A DNA stretch of 63,763 nt, counting the filler, from Folioceros fuciformis (lineage: Eukaryota), in NCBI GenBank assembly GCA_049999805.1. It is 8 parts of 8 records of this genome, joined end to end, with 100 filler letters (N's around TTAATTAATTAA, not from the genome) between each part and the next. Parts side by side here need not be neighbours in the genome. Positions count along the whole stretch, not along the records: positions 57,780 to 62,622 come from JBNGIO010002893.1; positions 62,723 to 63,763 come from JBNGIO010002955.1; 6 more parts are not named here. One strand, 5' to 3'. The number at the start of each line of letters is the position of its first letter. The first letter of the stretch is position 1. The notes under the pieces were generated by a model. The model worked only from the letters and a program-made list of their open reading frames with translations, was not told the DNA's origin and searched no databases. Positions 61,270 through 63,763 of the stretch are shown here, piece by piece. The position numbers and the translations under genes were made by a program.

Positions 61270-62622
61270 CCTCTTGGGCTCCTATTAACATTGAGGAATG
61301 GTGAGGTACCGGGGCTAAGGGAAGAGGAGTCCCTTCCACTCCGAACTCGCGGATTCAGCTCCGACACCAGCACCACCCCACGTGACCACCTCGAGGATAG
61401 CTGGGGAGCTTCTCTGCCACTCAACGAGGCTCCTCCTCCCGATTCGTCCCCGGACCTGATCACGGAGCGCCCACCACCTACACCCGCACCCCAGGTTGCT
61501 CCGTGCGCTCGCTTGCCTGGACCTCCTGTCCAGCAACGGCCATCGCTAGGTCCCTGCAAGGTCGATTGCTCAGCTGGTTCTTGCTGATTTCTTAGGCCTT
61601 CAAACCGGCCTCTTGTACACGGTGATGGCGGTTTCTTCCGCCATAAAGTTTGTCAAGTAGGGGTGCTGCGCTCTTAAATTCTGAGCGACTTAGGTCCAAA
61701 TAATGCACGCTAAAAAAATCCTATTCTAGCCTGCATTTACTATCGCCCTTTCCCACGCCGCTGGCGACTTCCTCCTGGCCTTCGCGCGTCACCCCTTGCT
61801 GCTCCTCCTCTCGCTCTTCTGCCCCTCCGTTGGTCCGGCAGATCCTCCCAGAGGATCTCCACATCACTGTTGCTACTGCTGGACCTGGCCGGCAGCGCAG
61901 GTGGGTCCTGCCGCTGTGGTCCACCACTCCTCCTCCTTCTCTGGTTGCCGAGGACAGCCATAGGCCCCCGTTCTACCCAGCGCTGGGCCTCCTCTTCCGT
62001 CAATTCCTCCAGAACTGCCTCCGAATAGCAGTGGGGCAATCTTGTCACCCACCAGCTGTAGTGGTAGAGTCCCAGGCGCATCCTCAATTGCAGGCCGTAG
62101 CCCCGCGTCCCTCCCCGTCCTCCCTTGGGCTACCTCGGGTTGCCTGCTCCCCCTCCTGCTGGGGTTCCTGAAGGTTCTCTGCCTGCCCAGCTGTTGCCTC
62201 CTCCAACTCTATCCTCCTAGTACGGGTCACCCTCCTGGAGCGCCTAGGGGCAAGTGCCCCTACTGCTTCCTCCTTCGTTTCCAGGGTTGGTTCTTCAGCT
62301 ATCCTAGGCCTTGCTGGGCCACCGGTAGCCCTGTTGGCTACCCGACTACCAGTAGTCCCGTGGACTATCGGGCTATCGGTAGTCCCATGGATTACCGGAC
62401 TACCGGTAATCCCCTCGACTACCGTTCCCCTGGTTCGGCTACCGGTAGCCCCTTCTGCTACCAAGGTCGCCGACTGACTCGGACGCCCAGCCTTGCCCTT
62501 CCCCTTCACTCTCTCTTTGGCCTCATCCCGCTCTCGCTTGTATCTATCAGCCAACTTCTGAGCCTACTCCACAGTGGGTATCTCCATCTCCTGTGCCTTG
62601 GCCATTTCCTGTTGCATCTCCA
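61270..62622 (-). mobile_element. Repeat family X copy 3 (with internal deletion)
   Basis: ADRYKRERDEAKERVKGKGK, TGS repeats, GLYHYSWWVTRLPHCYSEAVLEELTEEEAQRWVE. Lacks the GVSTSFM..VRMG segment. Confidence 0.75.
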
Positions 62623-62722
62623 NNNNNNNNNNNNNNNNNNNNNNNNNNNNNNNNNNNNNNNNNNNNTTAATTAATTAANNNNNNNNNNNNNNNNNNNNNN
62701 NNNNNNNNNNNNNNNNNNNNNN
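62623..62722. other. Artificial contig spacer
   Basis: N44-TTAATTAATTAA-N44. Confidence 0.97.
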
Positions 62723-63125
62723 AACAGCAAGGTTACAATCTACTGTGACAACATGAGTAGCATGAGGTTGGCTACTAATCCTGTGTTTCATGCTCGTTCG
62801 AAGCACATAGAAGTACATTATCATTTCATTAGGGAAGCGGTATTATCTGAGAAGATAGATCTTCGGCACGTGAAGACTGAAGACCAGGTAGTAGATATCT
62901 TTACTAAGTCGCTAGGTAGAGATAAGTCCCCCTCAAGCTCAGACTATTTGTAACACTCCAAGTAGTTCACGAAAGTAAGAGCATACAACACTTAGGAAAG
63001 TGTAGATTATCCCATATTGAACTCGTAGTTATCTATCACCTAAGTGTTATCAGGATATACTAGGATATTGCACCCTCGAGACTAAGGCTTACCTTATCGA
63101 GGGTTGCCCCGCCTGAAGGCTATAT
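62723..63125 (+). mobile_element. Copia family A 3' fragment (RNase H end, inverted PPT segment, partial LTR)
   Basis: Near-identical to 38813-39260 apart from the 62928-62976 inversion. Confidence 0.9.
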
Positions 63126-63134
63126 TCTTTACCA

Positions 63135-63620
63135 CTACATGTGTCTCAGAAGTGGAATTGCCCTCCTTGCGAGGTATTCCGATCTGCTTCTTACGACATT
63201 CATGCTCCCAATGGCCTGGAATTTGGCACCAATGGCACTTTCTAGCCTTCTTGGGTTTCTTTTGTGTGACACCCTTCTAAGGAGTCCTAGCACTTGAAGA
63301 ATATTGTCGACCTCGGAAATTAGGTTTGCCCCCCTTTCCTCGGTTTGTGGTATAAAGGGCATGTTGTTTGCTCCTTACAGGTCCTCTTGTTGTCTCTTCC
63401 TCAAGAAGAGCTCCCACTAACTCTGTGAATGTCATCTCAGGGAGAGTAACATTTGAAGCCTTTGCCAACTTCATAGCTGTGAGCGTTGAAGCATTTAATG
63501 AGGTCACAAAGTGTGACCATGATGGAGGCAAGGAAAGCATAAAGTATAGGGCTAGCATGTCATCTTTTACACTCTTATTTGAAGCACTCTCAAGTTTTGA
63601 AACTAGGTTCCTAAAGGTCT
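63135..63620 (-). mobile_element. Copia gag fragment (related to family D)
   Basis: MLSLPPSWSHFVTSL, ELVGALLEEE and the zinc knuckle CHWCQIPGHWEHECRKKQ. Confidence 0.8.
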
Positions 63621-63763
63621 GTGGAGGCAAAACCCCAGGCATTGATTGCCAACGGGTTCCACCTTCAGTGGCCACACTTATCCCACTGTTGTTGAGACAT
63701 TGGGTTTCGTTCCCAGGAAGGAGCGATGGGGTTCCTTGCTGCTGTGGATGGAGGGTCGGACTT

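Overview
Eukaryotic (land-plant, probably bryophyte; the WW-type PPR C-terminus hints at a hornwort) nuclear DNA. It is made of 8 contigs joined by artificial 100-bp spacers (N44-TTAATTAATTAA-N44), so adjacency across spacers is not evidence. Host genes: a 7-exon DUF155/RMND1-type (RRG/RRL-like) gene (5171-7291 +), a convergent PLS-class PPR RNA-editing factor ending in a WW-type PG box with no catalytic DYW (7804-10617 -), an intronless type I (M-alpha-like) MADS-box gene (19995-20564 -) with a 7x43-bp CArG-like array upstream, a partial RI-like LRR gene (~47031-47955 -) and a possible 105-aa orphan gene (4152-4469 -). Most of the rest is decayed, nested transposons: two full-length Ty1/Copia elements with LTRs, PBS, PPT and near-TSDs, several Copia and Ty3/Gypsy fragments, a PIF/Harbinger transposase remnant and three copies of an extra-ORF retroelement segment. 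The most unusual signal is a decayed bacterial-type beta-class N4C/N6A DNA amino-methyltransferase (~25501-26262 +) lying tail-to-tail with a decayed Myb/SANT (trihelix-like) ORF (27232-28393 -). This is a candidate transposon-borne DNA-methylation cassette. All calls come from manual reading; no database searches were run.
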